Assembly (NCBI GenBank): GCA_016927955.1
Contig: JAFGLR010000008.1
Location: forward strand, 1-50,154
DNA length: 50,154 nt
Source: Dehalococcoidales bacterium
GTDB taxonomy: Bacteria > Chloroflexota > Dehalococcoidia > Dehalococcoidales > JAFGLR01
Direction of reading: 5' to 3'
Part shown: positions 30,258 to 39,287 of the stretch, one piece after another
Numbering within the stretch: position 1 is the first letter of the stretch
Layout: each line of letters begins with the position of its first letter
The notes under the pieces: model-generated
Seen by the model: only the letters and a program-made list of their open reading frames with translations
Databases searched by the model: none
What the model was told of the DNA's origin: nothing
Position numbers and translations under genes: made by a program

Positions 30258-32708
30258 TTGCCGTTAGATACCACTCCGCTATTAAAAATATTGGAGTTAG
30301 AGCAAAAAAAAGGCTATACCGATACCGCTGTTTTCGGCGGGCTGGACCGGTTTTTAAAAAACTGGGGTGAAGCGGCGGCAGCGTCGATTCCCAGTCGTAA
30401 GACACTAAGCCGGTTCCGTAACCTGCTGGTGAAAACTAATTATGCCAAACTAACGCCTCTGGAACGACAGGAGTGGGTAGATAAGGTAAGGGTATTTCTG
30501 CCGACTTTAACGGCAAAAAATACGGAGAAATTAGAAAAGGCAATACCGGCAGCTAAGAAAGCACCGTCAAAAACTACCGTTAAAGCTGTCTCAACCCAGC
30601 CTATCGATGCTTCGATAACGGTAGTTAAAGGCGTTAGCGGTAAGCTGGCGGAAAAATTCGCCAAATTAGGCGTGCGGACTATCCGGGATTTGCTTTATTT
30701 TTTCCCAAACCGGCATATCGATTATTCCCAGCGGCAGTTAATTTCCCAGCTTCAGGAAGGTCTGGAGCAGACTATCGTCGCCATTGTCTGGGAGGCCAGA
30801 GAAAAGAAATTGGGCGGCAGTTCACGTTTAAGCACGGAGGCCACTGTCGGCGATGAGACCGGTAACATAGGTATCGTCTGGTTTAATAATCCCTGGATGG
30901 CGAAGACACTAAAGACCAATAGCCAGGTGGCTATCAGCGGCCGGGTAAAATCATTCCGCGGCCGTCTGGTATTTGAGAACCCGGAGTGGGAAATAATCGA
31001 AGACCAGGAACTGATACACGCCGGACGGCTGGTGCCGCAGTACCACCTGACCGAAGGCCTGCACCCCCGCCAGGTACGGAAGCTCATGAAGACCGTTGTC
31101 GACCAGTGGGCGGGACAATTGGAAGGCTTTTTACCATCCGATTTGAAAAGACGGAATAATCTGCTGCCGTTAACGGAAGCCATTAATCAGGCCCATTTCC
31201 CCGATGATACGGATTCTAAAGATAAAGCCCGCGTAAGATTGGCTTTCGATGAGTTATTTTTACTGCAATTGGGCGTGCTCCGGCGGAAACGTAACTGGCA
31301 GGCGAGCCAGCCGGGTAACGCTTTAAATATCGATAAATCATTGCTTGGTGTTTTTATCAAATCATTGCCGTTTGAACTGACCCCGGCCCAGCAGCGGGTA
31401 GTCCGGGAAATCCTAGCAGATATCGCCAAGCCCCAGGCAATGTCACGGCTATTGCAGGGCGAAGTAGGCAGCGGTAAGACTGTCGTGGCGACTATTGCTT
31501 TACTGATTGCCGTGGCTAACGGTTTTCAAGGGGCGTTAATGGCACCCACCGAGATTCTGGCCGAACAGCACTTTAACACGCTATCTACGCTGCTGGAAAA
31601 AGCGGGTAAAATGCAGTCGTCCGATTCCTACATTCGGTCTTATACCGGATTGCGGCAACTGCCCGTAACCGTAGCATTATTAACCGGTGCGTTAACCCTG
31701 AAGAAAAAACAGCTATTGCAGGAGTGGGTCAGAAATGGTGATATCGATATGGTCATCGGCACACATGCCCTGATACAGGAGGACGTGACCTTTAAAAAGC
31801 TGGGTCTGGCGGTGGTAGATGAGCAGCATCGTTTTGGTGTCGAGCAGCGTTCCGTTTTACGCCAGAAGGGCTTTAATCCGCACGTTCTCGTGATGACCGC
31901 CACGCCGATTCCCCGTACGCTGGCATTGACCCTTTACGGCGACCTTGATTTATCCGTTATCGACCAGTTACCGCCCGGACGGCAGGAAATCAAGACCCGC
32001 TGGCTAAAACCGGAACAGAGAAACAGTGCTTACCGTTTTATTGCCAAACAGGTAGCAGAAGGCAGGCAGGCATTTATTATTTGCCCGCTTATCGAGGAGT
32101 CCGATGCGGTACAGGCAAAAGCAGCAACGGAAGAGTATGAGCATTTATCCCGGGACGTTTTCCCGGATTTGAAGTTGGGGTTATTACACGGCCGTATGTC
32201 CAATGACAACAAGAACAGTATTATGCACAGTTTCAACCGCGGCGAGTTGCAAATATTGGTGGCCACGCCGGTTATCGAAGTAGGTATCGATGTGCCGAAT
32301 GCCTCGGTGATGCTGGTGGAAAGTGCCGACCGTTTCGGCCTTTCGCAGTTGCATCAGTTCCGGGGAAGGGTAGGGCGGGGGCAGGCACAAAGCTACTGTA
32401 TGTTTTTAGCGGAAGACCCTTCGGAAATCGGGCGGCTGCGGCTGGATATTATCGAAAAGACCCAGAACGGTTTTGTTCTGGCGGAAGAAGATTTAAAATT
32501 ACGCGGCCCCGGTGAATTTTTCGGTACCCGGCAGAGCGGAATTCCCGATTTGAAAATGGCTAAAATCTCCGATGTGGGCATATTGGAACTCGCCCGCCGT
32601 GAAGCTACTAATCTCTTTAGTAATGACCCTACCCTGGCAAGAGCCGAACATGCTTTACTGGTAAAAGAGCTGACCCGTGTCTGGCCGAAGGCTGGCGAGT
32701 GGAGCTAA
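30258..32708 (+). CDS. recG: ATP-dependent DNA helicase RecG (with about 130-aa N-terminal extension)
   Basis: 816 aa, TTG start after GGGAG. Wedge region, Walker A GEVGSGKT, DEQHRFG, QLHQFRGRVGRG. Confidence 0.93.
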   Translation: MPLDTTPLLKILELEQKKGYTDTAVFGGLDRFLKNWGEAAAASIPSRKTLSRFRNLLVKTNYAKLTPLERQEWVDKVRVFLPTLTAKNTEKLEKAIPAAKKAPSKTTVKAVSTQPIDASITVVKGVSGKLAEKFAKLGVRTIRDLLYFFPNRHIDYSQRQLISQLQEGLEQTIVAIVWEAREKKLGGSSRLSTEATVGDETGNIGIVWFNNPWMAKTLKTNSQVAISGRVKSFRGRLVFENPEWEIIEDQELIHAGRLVPQYHLTEGLHPRQVRKLMKTVVDQWAGQLEGFLPSDLKRRNNLLPLTEAINQAHFPDDTDSKDKARVRLAFDELFLLQLGVLRRKRNWQASQPGNALNIDKSLLGVFIKSLPFELTPAQQRVVREILADIAKPQAMSRLLQGEVGSGKTVVATIALLIAVANGFQGALMAPTEILAEQHFNTLSTLLEKAGKMQSSDSYIRSYTGLRQLPVTVALLTGALTLKKKQLLQEWVRNGDIDMVIGTHALIQEDVTFKKLGLAVVDEQHRFGVEQRSVLRQKGFNPHVLVMTATPIPRTLALTLYGDLDLSVIDQLPPGRQEIKTRWLKPEQRNSAYRFIAKQVAEGRQAFIICPLIEESDAVQAKAATEEYEHLSRDVFPDLKLGLLHGRMSNDNKNSIMHSFNRGELQILVATPVIEVGIDVPNASVMLVESADRFGLSQLHQFRGRVGRGQAQSYCMFLAEDPSEIGRLRLDIIEKTQNGFVLAEEDLKLRGPGEFFGTRQSGIPDLKMAKISDVGILELARREATNLFSNDPTLARAEHALLVKELTRVWPKAGEWS

Positions 32709-32753
32709 AACCCCACTTTTTTAATATACGGCACTATGTCAGTCTTCAGCGTC

Positions 32754-32782
32754 TTGACGCTATAACGTCATAACGTTATAAT
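32754..32782 (+). promoter_or_regulatory. Near-consensus sigma-70 promoter with embedded ATAACGT repeats/palindrome (likely TA autoregulation site)
   Basis: TTGACG (32754-32759), exactly 17 nt, TATAAT (32777-32782). The spacer contains TATAACGT/CATAACGT direct repeats and the 10-bp palindrome ATAACGTTAT, which overlaps the -10. Confidence 0.6.
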
Positions 32783-32812
32783 GTTACTGTATTAATCCAG
32801 GGAGAATGAGAT

Positions 32813-33046
32813 ATGGCTAATCAGACCAAACGAGCTACGATATATTTAGAGCCGGAATTACACAAAGCCCTCAAGTTAAAGGCGGCAGAGACCTCACGCT
32901 CGATTTCGGACCTGGTAAATAATGCCGTCAGAGAAACGCTTGCGGAAGACGCGGAAGATATTTTAGCTTTTGAAGACCGGGCCGGAGAGAAACTCATCAG
33001 CTATGATGAAATGGTCAAAAGGCTGAAGAAAAATGGCCTTATATAA
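32813..33046 (+). CDS. Ribbon-helix-helix (CopG-like) antitoxin
   Basis: 77 aa. RATIYLEPELHKALKLKAAETSRSISDLVNNAVRETL fits a beta-strand plus two helices RHH fold. Overlaps the downstream RelE-like gene by 14 nt. Confidence 0.7.
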   Translation: MANQTKRATIYLEPELHKALKLKAAETSRSISDLVNNAVRETLAEDAEDILAFEDRAGEKLISYDEMVKRLKKNGLI

Positions 33047-33290
33047 AATATTCTTTAAGGCTTCGGTCGAGAAAGACTTCCGGTCGATACCTAAGAAAGA
33101 TATACAGAAGATACTCCTGAAAATTAAGTCGTTAGCAGAAAATCCGCGGCCTATCGGATATGAAAAACTTACCGGGCAGGAAAGATACCGTTTACGTCAG
33201 GGCAGATACCGCATCGTATATTCAATCCAAGACGAAATACTCACCGTTTGGATGGTTAAAGTCGCTCAGCGTAAGGATGTTTACCGGTAA
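33033..33290 (+). CDS. RelE/ParE-superfamily toxin
   Basis: 85 aa. KLTGQERYRLRQGRYRIVYSIQDEILTVWMVKVAQRKDVYR is the classic RelE/StbE C-terminal pattern. Confidence 0.8.
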   Translation: MALYKIFFKASVEKDFRSIPKKDIQKILLKIKSLAENPRPIGYEKLTGQERYRLRQGRYRIVYSIQDEILTVWMVKVAQRKDVYR

Positions 33291-33362
33291 GCCCTTTTTT
33301 ACCTCTCCCGCTTATATGTGATATAGTTTATATCTGTTTAGAGCTATTTTACAGGTGAAGAA

Positions 33363-35033
33363 TTGAGTATTCTTGAAGTTAAACGGAGGATAATCGGTTT
33401 ATTAACCGATGCCATACATCAAGCACAGCAGGACGGTAAATTACCTGCATTGGATTTACCGGAAGTGACGCTGGAACATCCGCAAAATACTGCCCACGGT
33501 GATTATGCGGCTAACATTCCTTTGAAGCTGGCAAAACCGGCCCGGATGAACCCGCTGGCGATTGCCAAGGAAATCGCTTCCCGAATTAGTTCCGCTCCGG
33601 AAATCGCCCGTATCGATGTCGCTCCGCCGGGTTTTATCAATATCACTGTGACCAATGACTGGTTAACGCAACAGGTAGAGTCTATTCTTCGGGCTGAAGA
33701 TAAGTACGGCACTATCGATTTCGGAAAGAACCGCAAGGTCCAAATAGAGTTCGTAAGTGTCAACCCGACCGGTCCCTTACATGTCGGGCACGGCCGCGGG
33801 GCAATTCTGGGCAGTACCCTGGCTAACGTACTTAATTTTGCCGGTTACCGTTGCGAAAAAGAGTATTACATCAATGACGCCGGCGCCCAGATGAACGCTT
33901 TTTACAATAGTCTTTACGCCCGTTACAAGCAGTCGTTGGGACAGGATGCCGCAATGCCGGAGAACGGCTACATAGGCAGTTATATGATTGACATGGCTAA
34001 AGAAATTATCGCCGAAAAAAGCGACCGATTCTTGAAGATGCCGGAACCTGAGGCAGTTAAAGAGATAGGCCAAATCGGTCTTACCAAAATGCTGGCGAGT
34101 CTTAAAGCCGACCTTGAAATGCTCGATGTAACTTTCGATGTCTGGTTCAGCGAAAAGAGTCTATTTACCGGCGGTCAGTACAAACATGTGATAACCATGC
34201 TGAAAGAAAAGGGTTATCTTGCCGAAAGAGACGATGCTACCTGGTTTGTCTCTACGGCACTCGGTGAAGATAAGGATAACGTCATTGTGCGCGGTGACGG
34301 TACCCCGACCTATTTTGCTTCAGATATCGCTTATCATTACAACAAATTCGTCGAACGAGGGTTCGATAAAGTCATCGATATTTGGGGGGCCGACCATCAG
34401 GGGCATGTTTCCCGGATGAAAGCTGTATTGGAGGCTCTGGATATCGACCCGGCACGGCTGACCGTACTTATCTCACAGATGGTGACCTTACGCCGCGGCG
34501 GAGAACTGGTAAAAATATCCAAACGGACCGGCGAAATTATTACTTTACAGGAAGTGGTTAACGAAGTCGGTCCTGATGCCTGCCGCTTTATCTTCCTGTC
34601 GCGCTCGGCGGATGCTCAGATGGACTTCGATTTGGAGTTAGCTAAGAAGGAATCTTCGGAGAATCCGGTCTATTATGTGCAATACGCTCATGCGCGAATA
34701 GCCAGTATTATACGGCTGGCCGAGGAAAAGAAATTAGATTTCAGTAATGGTGATATTGCTTTATTAACCACCGAGTCGGAGCTGGCGTTAATCCGTGGGA
34801 TTATCAGGTTGCCGGAAGTTATTGAGATAATCGCTCAAACTCTGGAACCGCACCATCTGGCTTATTACGCTCAGGAATTAGCCACCGTCTTTCACAGTTT
34901 CTATAAAGACTGCCGTGTAGTAACCGACGATGAAGCTTTGACCAAAGCCCGCCTGAAGCTGGTACAGGCCGCTCAGATAACGCTGGCTCAAACGCTGCGT
35001 TTAATGGGCATGTCCGTGCTGGACAGAATGTAA
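33363..35033 (+). CDS. argS: Arginine--tRNA ligase
   Basis: 556 aa, TTG start. HIGH-type [14 protein letters not shown]-type KISKRTG, C-terminal anticodon-binding domain ending LDRM. Confidence 0.95.
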   Translation: MSILEVKRRIIGLLTDAIHQAQQDGKLPALDLPEVTLEHPQNTAHGDYAANIPLKLAKPARMNPLAIAKEIASRISSAPEIARIDVAPPGFINITVTNDWLTQQVESILRAEDKYGTIDFGKNRKVQIEFVSVNPTGPLHVGHGRGAILGSTLANVLNFAGYRCEKEYYINDAGAQMNAFYNSLYARYKQSLGQDAAMPENGYIGSYMIDMAKEIIAEKSDRFLKMPEPEAVKEIGQIGLTKMLASLKADLEMLDVTFDVWFSEKSLFTGGQYKHVITMLKEKGYLAERDDATWFVSTALGEDKDNVIVRGDGTPTYFASDIAYHYNKFVERGFDKVIDIWGADHQGHVSRMKAVLEALDIDPARLTVLISQMVTLRRGGELVKISKRTGEIITLQEVVNEVGPDACRFIFLSRSADAQMDFDLELAKKESSENPVYYVQYAHARIASIIRLAEEKKLDFSNGDIALLTTESELALIRGIIRLPEVIEIIAQTLEPHHLAYYAQELATVFHSFYKDCRVVTDDEALTKARLKLVQAAQITLAQTLRLMGMSVLDRM

Positions 35034-35095
35034 CGGTAAGTTAAAACTCAAAATATCTATATCTTTGAGATTTGATTTCTAATATTTGATTTAAG

Positions 35096-35602
35096 CTACA
35101 ATCCGTGTTCTTTGTACTTCTTTGCCAGGTTCATATAGATAGGGATCCCGCGTTCCACCCAGTTCAGTTGTTCGGCGTTAACGCGGCCTTTGATTTTAGC
35201 GGGGACTCCGGCCACCAGTGAATAGTCCGGCACTTTCATCCCGTCGGATACCACCGCTCCGGCACCAATCACGCAATAATTACCGATTTCGGAATTATCG
35301 AGTACGGTTGCGTTATTCCCAATAACCGTGTCATGCCCGATTACTGCCCCGTGCATCATGACGCAATGGGCCAGCAGAATGTTATCGCCGATAACCATCG
35401 GGTATTCGGCATGCAAAACACAGTTGTCCTGGATATGTACCCGGTTGCCGATTTTTATACTGCTCAAATCGCCCCGGATAACTGCTCCCGGCCAGACGGT
35501 GCATTCTTCTCCGATTTCAACATCCCCGATGATATAAGAGTTTTGATTAACATAAGATGAAGCCGCAATACGCGGCGTTTTGCCGTTAAAGGTATAAATC
35601 AT
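35096..35602 (-). CDS. Gamma-carbonic-anhydrase-like / left-handed beta-helix (hexapeptide) protein
   Basis: 168 aa. Hexapeptide repeats throughout (IGDVEIGEECTVWPGAVIRGD..., VIGNNATVLDNSEIGNYCVIGAGAVV). Confidence 0.8.
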   Translation of the reverse strand: MIYTFNGKTPRIAASSYVNQNSYIIGDVEIGEECTVWPGAVIRGDLSSIKIGNRVHIQDNCVLHAEYPMVIGDNILLAHCVMMHGAVIGHDTVIGNNATVLDNSEIGNYCVIGAGAVVSDGMKVPDYSLVAGVPAKIKGRVNAEQLNWVERGIPIYMNLAKKYKEHGL

Positions 35603-35643
35603 AGATATATAAAAGCCCTGCTTTAAAATAACTTACTATTCGG

Positions 35644-36183
35644 CTATTTTTCGACGACAATTTTACCCGTGCCTTTGCAGTAGGTGCATTTCTCTCTGAG
35701 AATCGGATGGTCGTCGCAGTAAGGACAGGTAACCCGCATCCTGGTCTCGCCTTCCATCTCGTGGCCTTTGACTATCCTGGTCATATCGCCGTTTGCCCTG
35801 ATTTGGTCGCCGCCGACGTGAGTGACTAGCTTGCAGCCGATTATTTCACAGGTCGCCGCTTCCGGGATATTTTCCGGCCCGGTGCGGATACCGCCTTTAG
35901 CGAAGATATCCGGTTTGAGCATTTTCAAGGTTTTCGATACTGTCTGGTCTTCGTCAATAGAAGCGATAACCTTATCGACGCCACGGATGTTTTCCAGGAG
36001 TTCTTTCCTGTCTTCGAACGGCCGGAAAACAAAGCCTTTCTTCCTCAGCAGAAACTCATCGCTGTTCAGGATTACAATCAATATATCACCCAATTTTGCC
36101 GATTCCTGGATATATCGCAGGTGGCCGACGTGAATCGGGTCAAACGCACCGCTTATGGCAACTGTCACCAGTTTACGTGTCAT
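35644..36183 (-). CDS. Cytidylyltransferase-fold nucleotidyltransferase fused to a C-terminal zinc-ribbon
   Basis: 179 aa. N-terminal SGAFDPIHVGHLRY (HxGH motif). The C-terminal tail is CPYCDDHPILREKCTYCKGTG (CxxC-x9-CxxCxGxG). Confidence 0.7.
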   Translation of the reverse strand: MTRKLVTVAISGAFDPIHVGHLRYIQESAKLGDILIVILNSDEFLLRKKGFVFRPFEDRKELLENIRGVDKVIASIDEDQTVSKTLKMLKPDIFAKGGIRTGPENIPEAATCEIIGCKLVTHVGGDQIRANGDMTRIVKGHEMEGETRMRVTCPYCDDHPILREKCTYCKGTGKIVVEK

Positions 36184-36350
36184 TTTCGTGCACTCCTTCC
36201 ATCAGTTACTTAAATTATATTGTATCGTGAATAGTCGGTAACGGCAAGGTCTGAAAGGGCATATTTGGTACTAAATTTTAGAATGCCTGATATAATTAAT
36301 CGGTTATATCAGATAATAGATTTGAAGTACTGGATTCCTATCCTGTGTTA

Positions 36351-37610
36351 TTATTCCAGCGGGTTCATTACTCTGCCGATGAACATGATGGCATCCGTTT
36401 CCATATCCCGAATCAGGAATATAAACGGCCGGTCAATATTCATATCGACCGGTTTAGCCGGTGCTGTTACGACAATTATCGCTGCGGTGGCTGCGGCCGC
36501 TTCCGTTCCCTTTTCATCTACCGCGACGAAAGCTTTATGGATTACTTTACTGATAAACAAAGGCTCGTAAGTGTCAGCCATTCCGGTGAAATCGGCTTGT
36601 TCGGTAAAAGCCAGCGGCATTCCCATCTCTTCCAGTGTTTTCCCTAATTCAAAATCGGCACTGAACTCGAATTTCGGAAGGGTCAGATTTACCTTTTCGT
36701 GTTCCATGTTTTTAATAATACCTTCGAGGATTGGATAATCCAGGTTATCTTGAAATGATTCAAAATGACCGTTTGCCGGTAAAATAATTACCATTGATGT
36801 CGCCTGCCCCCGATACATTAATTCAATAGCCTGGTAATCTGTCCCTTTTCCGTATTTAAATGTTTCGGTTTGCTTCATCATCGGTACGGAGACGGTTTTA
36901 TCATCTATTAAATTAAAAGTTCCATCAATGGTGTTTCCTTCGTAGAACTCGTAAAGCCACCCTGCTTTGAAGTAAATGGCGTTCGTTAGTACGAGGCGGG
37001 TAAAAGGAGTAATTGCACCCTGTTGTAGCAGATTATTTATACGGTTTTCAGTTCGTTCGCTGACCCAATCATTTATGATAATGCGTGATTCTTCCGGCTC
37101 ATTAATAAAATCTAGAGTCGTTAATTCAGAGCCATAATTCTCTGTCAGAGTATTCAGGAAAGAATCGAGGAATGGATAACCCTGCAGTCCCCATAAAGCA
37201 TTTACATTTCGCAGCATAAAACCTTCTATCTCTGCACCATCGGATTCATAGACACGGTTGGTTATGGTATCGGAAATATTTTTAAATGCCGTGTGTAATT
37301 GGGACTGGGGTAATAGGAAATGTAAGGTGGCTTCCATTTGGTCGGCGGTTTCACCCCGGGCTCCGGCGTAGGTCATTGCCAGCGCCGATGAAATACTGAA
37401 CGGAGAATAAAACAGATTGCCTTCACTGCCTTTCAGTGATTGATAAAGTTCCAGGGCAAAGGTATTATTGCCATAAACCAGGTTTTCCGTGTCTGTTTTA
37501 CTCGCATCGGAAGTTATTATCTGAGATGTCGTTGTTTTGATAGATTGGCTACAGGCAACGGCACCGAACGCTAGTATTCCGATTAACAGAAATATAATTA
37601 CTTTTTTCAT
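36351..37610 (-). CDS. Serpin (serine protease inhibitor), predicted lipoprotein
   Basis: ORF track 36351..37673, trimmed to ATG 37610 (MKKVIIFLLIGILAFGAVAC, signal peptide plus lipobox-type Cys). Serpin hinge/RCL EKGTEAAAATAAIIVVTAPAK and C-terminal signature DRPFIFLIRDMETDAIMFIGRVMNP. Confidence 0.88.
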   Translation of the reverse strand: MKKVIIFLLIGILAFGAVACSQSIKTTTSQIITSDASKTDTENLVYGNNTFALELYQSLKGSEGNLFYSPFSISSALAMTYAGARGETADQMEATLHFLLPQSQLHTAFKNISDTITNRVYESDGAEIEGFMLRNVNALWGLQGYPFLDSFLNTLTENYGSELTTLDFINEPEESRIIINDWVSERTENRINNLLQQGAITPFTRLVLTNAIYFKAGWLYEFYEGNTIDGTFNLIDDKTVSVPMMKQTETFKYGKGTDYQAIELMYRGQATSMVIILPANGHFESFQDNLDYPILEGIIKNMEHEKVNLTLPKFEFSADFELGKTLEEMGMPLAFTEQADFTGMADTYEPLFISKVIHKAFVAVDEKGTEAAAATAAIIVVTAPAKPVDMNIDRPFIFLIRDMETDAIMFIGRVMNPLE

Positions 37611-37793
37611 ATTTACTTGCCTTTGTCTCCAAATATATAAAAAATTCCTAATATGTCTGTTATTATAAATCATACTCTATTATTAATACGAATGTCATTA
37701 ATTTGTATTACAGGTTAGTCTTTGGCTGTAGAACTTAAAAATAATTTTTGTCCCTTTATCTATATTTGTGCTAAACTTTCTACACAGGAGACA

Positions 37794-38771
37794 ATGATGA
37801 AACGTGTATTTTCCGGGGCGCGCCCGACAGCCAGACAGCATCTGGGCAACTTGCTGGGCGCTATCGATAACTATGTAAAGCTTCAAAAAGAATATGATTG
37901 TGTTTATTGCATCGTCGATATTCATGCCTTAACGACGCTACAGGAGACCGATAAGATTCAGGGTTATATCCGTGACCTTGCCCTTGATTGGTTGGCGGCG
38001 GGTATCGACCCTCAAAAAAGCATTGTTTTCGTACAATCCGAAGTGCCTGAGGTTACTGAACTGCATACTTACTTAAGCATGCTCACGCCGTTAAGCTGGC
38101 TGTTACGGGTACCCACTTTCAAAGAAAAAGCCAAGGCTCAGCCGGATAATATAAATTATGGTCTGGTCGGTTATCCGGTACTGCAGACCGCGGATATCAT
38201 ATTATACAAAGGTGAAGTGGTACCGGTAGGTGAAGACCAGTTGCCTCATCTGGAGCTGGCGAGAGAAATAACCCGCCGGTTTAACGGTTTGTTCGGGGAT
38301 ACTTTCCCGGAACCAAAAGCCAAACTTACGGAATTCCCGCTGATTCCATCATTAACCGGTACGAATAAAATGAGCAAGTCCGAGGAAGGTTCGGCCATTG
38401 ATATCGCTCATACTGCCGAAGAGACAACCGCACGAATTATGGCCGCAGTTACCGACCCGGCCCGTAAATTCCGTAAAGACCCCGGGCATCCGGAAGTATG
38501 TAACATCCATACCCTGCATAAATACTTTTCGGCAAGCGCGGTATCAGAAATCGGAAAACAATGCCGGATTGCGGGTATCGGTTGTGTGGATTGTAAAAAA
38601 TTGCTGGCTAAAAATATGAATGAAGCCCTTGCAGGGATAAGGGAACGGCGGGCGGATTTTGCCGCTAAGCCGGATTATGTTAAAGAAGTACTCGCTGACG
38701 GGGCAAAGCGGGCAAGGGTAATCGCCCGGGCAACCATGGACGAAGTAAGACAAAAAATAGGTTTGCGTTAA
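37794..38771 (+). CDS. trpS: Tryptophan--tRNA ligase
   Basis: ORF track 37722..38771, trimmed to ATG 37794 (AGGAG 5 nt upstream). GARPTARQHLGNLLG (HIGH region), KMSKS. Confidence 0.93.
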   Translation: MMKRVFSGARPTARQHLGNLLGAIDNYVKLQKEYDCVYCIVDIHALTTLQETDKIQGYIRDLALDWLAAGIDPQKSIVFVQSEVPEVTELHTYLSMLTPLSWLLRVPTFKEKAKAQPDNINYGLVGYPVLQTADIILYKGEVVPVGEDQLPHLELAREITRRFNGLFGDTFPEPKAKLTEFPLIPSLTGTNKMSKSEEGSAIDIAHTAEETTARIMAAVTDPARKFRKDPGHPEVCNIHTLHKYFSASAVSEIGKQCRIAGIGCVDCKKLLAKNMNEALAGIRERRADFAAKPDYVKEVLADGAKRARVIARATMDEVRQKIGLR

Positions 38772-38773
38772 CG

Positions 38774-39076
38774 TTGGAACATCAGGTAATTGCCGAAGTG
38801 AAGGTAGTACCTCTCGGCACCCGAAGTACCAGCCTGAGCCGGTACGTGCGGGCATGCACGCTGCTTTTACAAGACGCTAAGGATATCACCTTTCAAACCA
38901 CTGCAATGGGCACAATAATTCAGGGACGGCTCGACCGCATTCTCGAATTAATCCAAAAAATGCACGAGGTACCTTTTACAATGGGTGCCGCAAGAGTATC
39001 GACTACTATTTATATTGATGACCGGCGTGATAAAAAGGCGACTATCGAAAGCAAGGTTCAAGCAGTAAGCGGATAA
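38774..39076 (+). CDS. MTH1187/YkoF-like (UPF0045) small protein
   Basis: 100 aa, TTG start 2 nt after trpS. AEVKVVPLGTRSTSLSRYV ... TAMGTIIQG ... ARVSTTIYIDDRRDK resembles the DUF77/MTH1187 family as remembered. Confidence 0.6.
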   Translation: MEHQVIAEVKVVPLGTRSTSLSRYVRACTLLLQDAKDITFQTTAMGTIIQGRLDRILELIQKMHEVPFTMGAARVSTTIYIDDRRDKKATIESKVQAVSG

Positions 39077-39096
39077 ATTTTTCTTACGGAGGATTA

Positions 39097-39278
39097 ATGA
39101 CACTTCGCATTATCACTCTCTGTGAAAATACCGCTAAAACATTGATACCGTTACCGTTACCGGCATTAAGATAGGCCTATGCCGTTGCGCCGGACTGGCG
39201 GCAAGTGCCATAATAGCACAGGAACCGGGCGAGAGATTCTTTTTCAATAATGCCGGTCCGGTGGTAGAAAATACTTGA
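39097..39278 (+). pseudogene. Possible frameshifted remnant of an MBL-fold (beta-lactamase-like) hydrolase gene
   Basis: GGAGG-preceded ATG 39097 gives MTLRIITLCENTAKTLIPLPLPALR*. A second frame from 39144 gives DTVTVTGIKIGLCRCAGLAASAIIAQEPGERFFFNNAGPVVENT*. Together they resemble only the N-terminal 60 aa of COG1237-type MBL proteins (MKITvLcdN ... GLsalIe..g..iLFDtG). Weak, by-eye call. Confidence 0.3.
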
Positions 39279-39287
39279 GGAGCAGGC

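Noticed and set aside
32698-32722. Possible terminator after recG (AGTGG...CCACT plus T6)
   Set aside because: The stem is only 5 bp with a 10-nt loop, which is too weak to call. The T-run is noted under the TA-cassette finding instead.
37611-37793. Looked for a T-box leader upstream of trpS (and in the argS and ilvE leaders)
   Set aside because: The spacers are AT-rich or too short (72 nt for argS). No AGAGA/GNUGGUA-type T-box sequence, specifier hairpin or terminator/antiterminator pair was seen.
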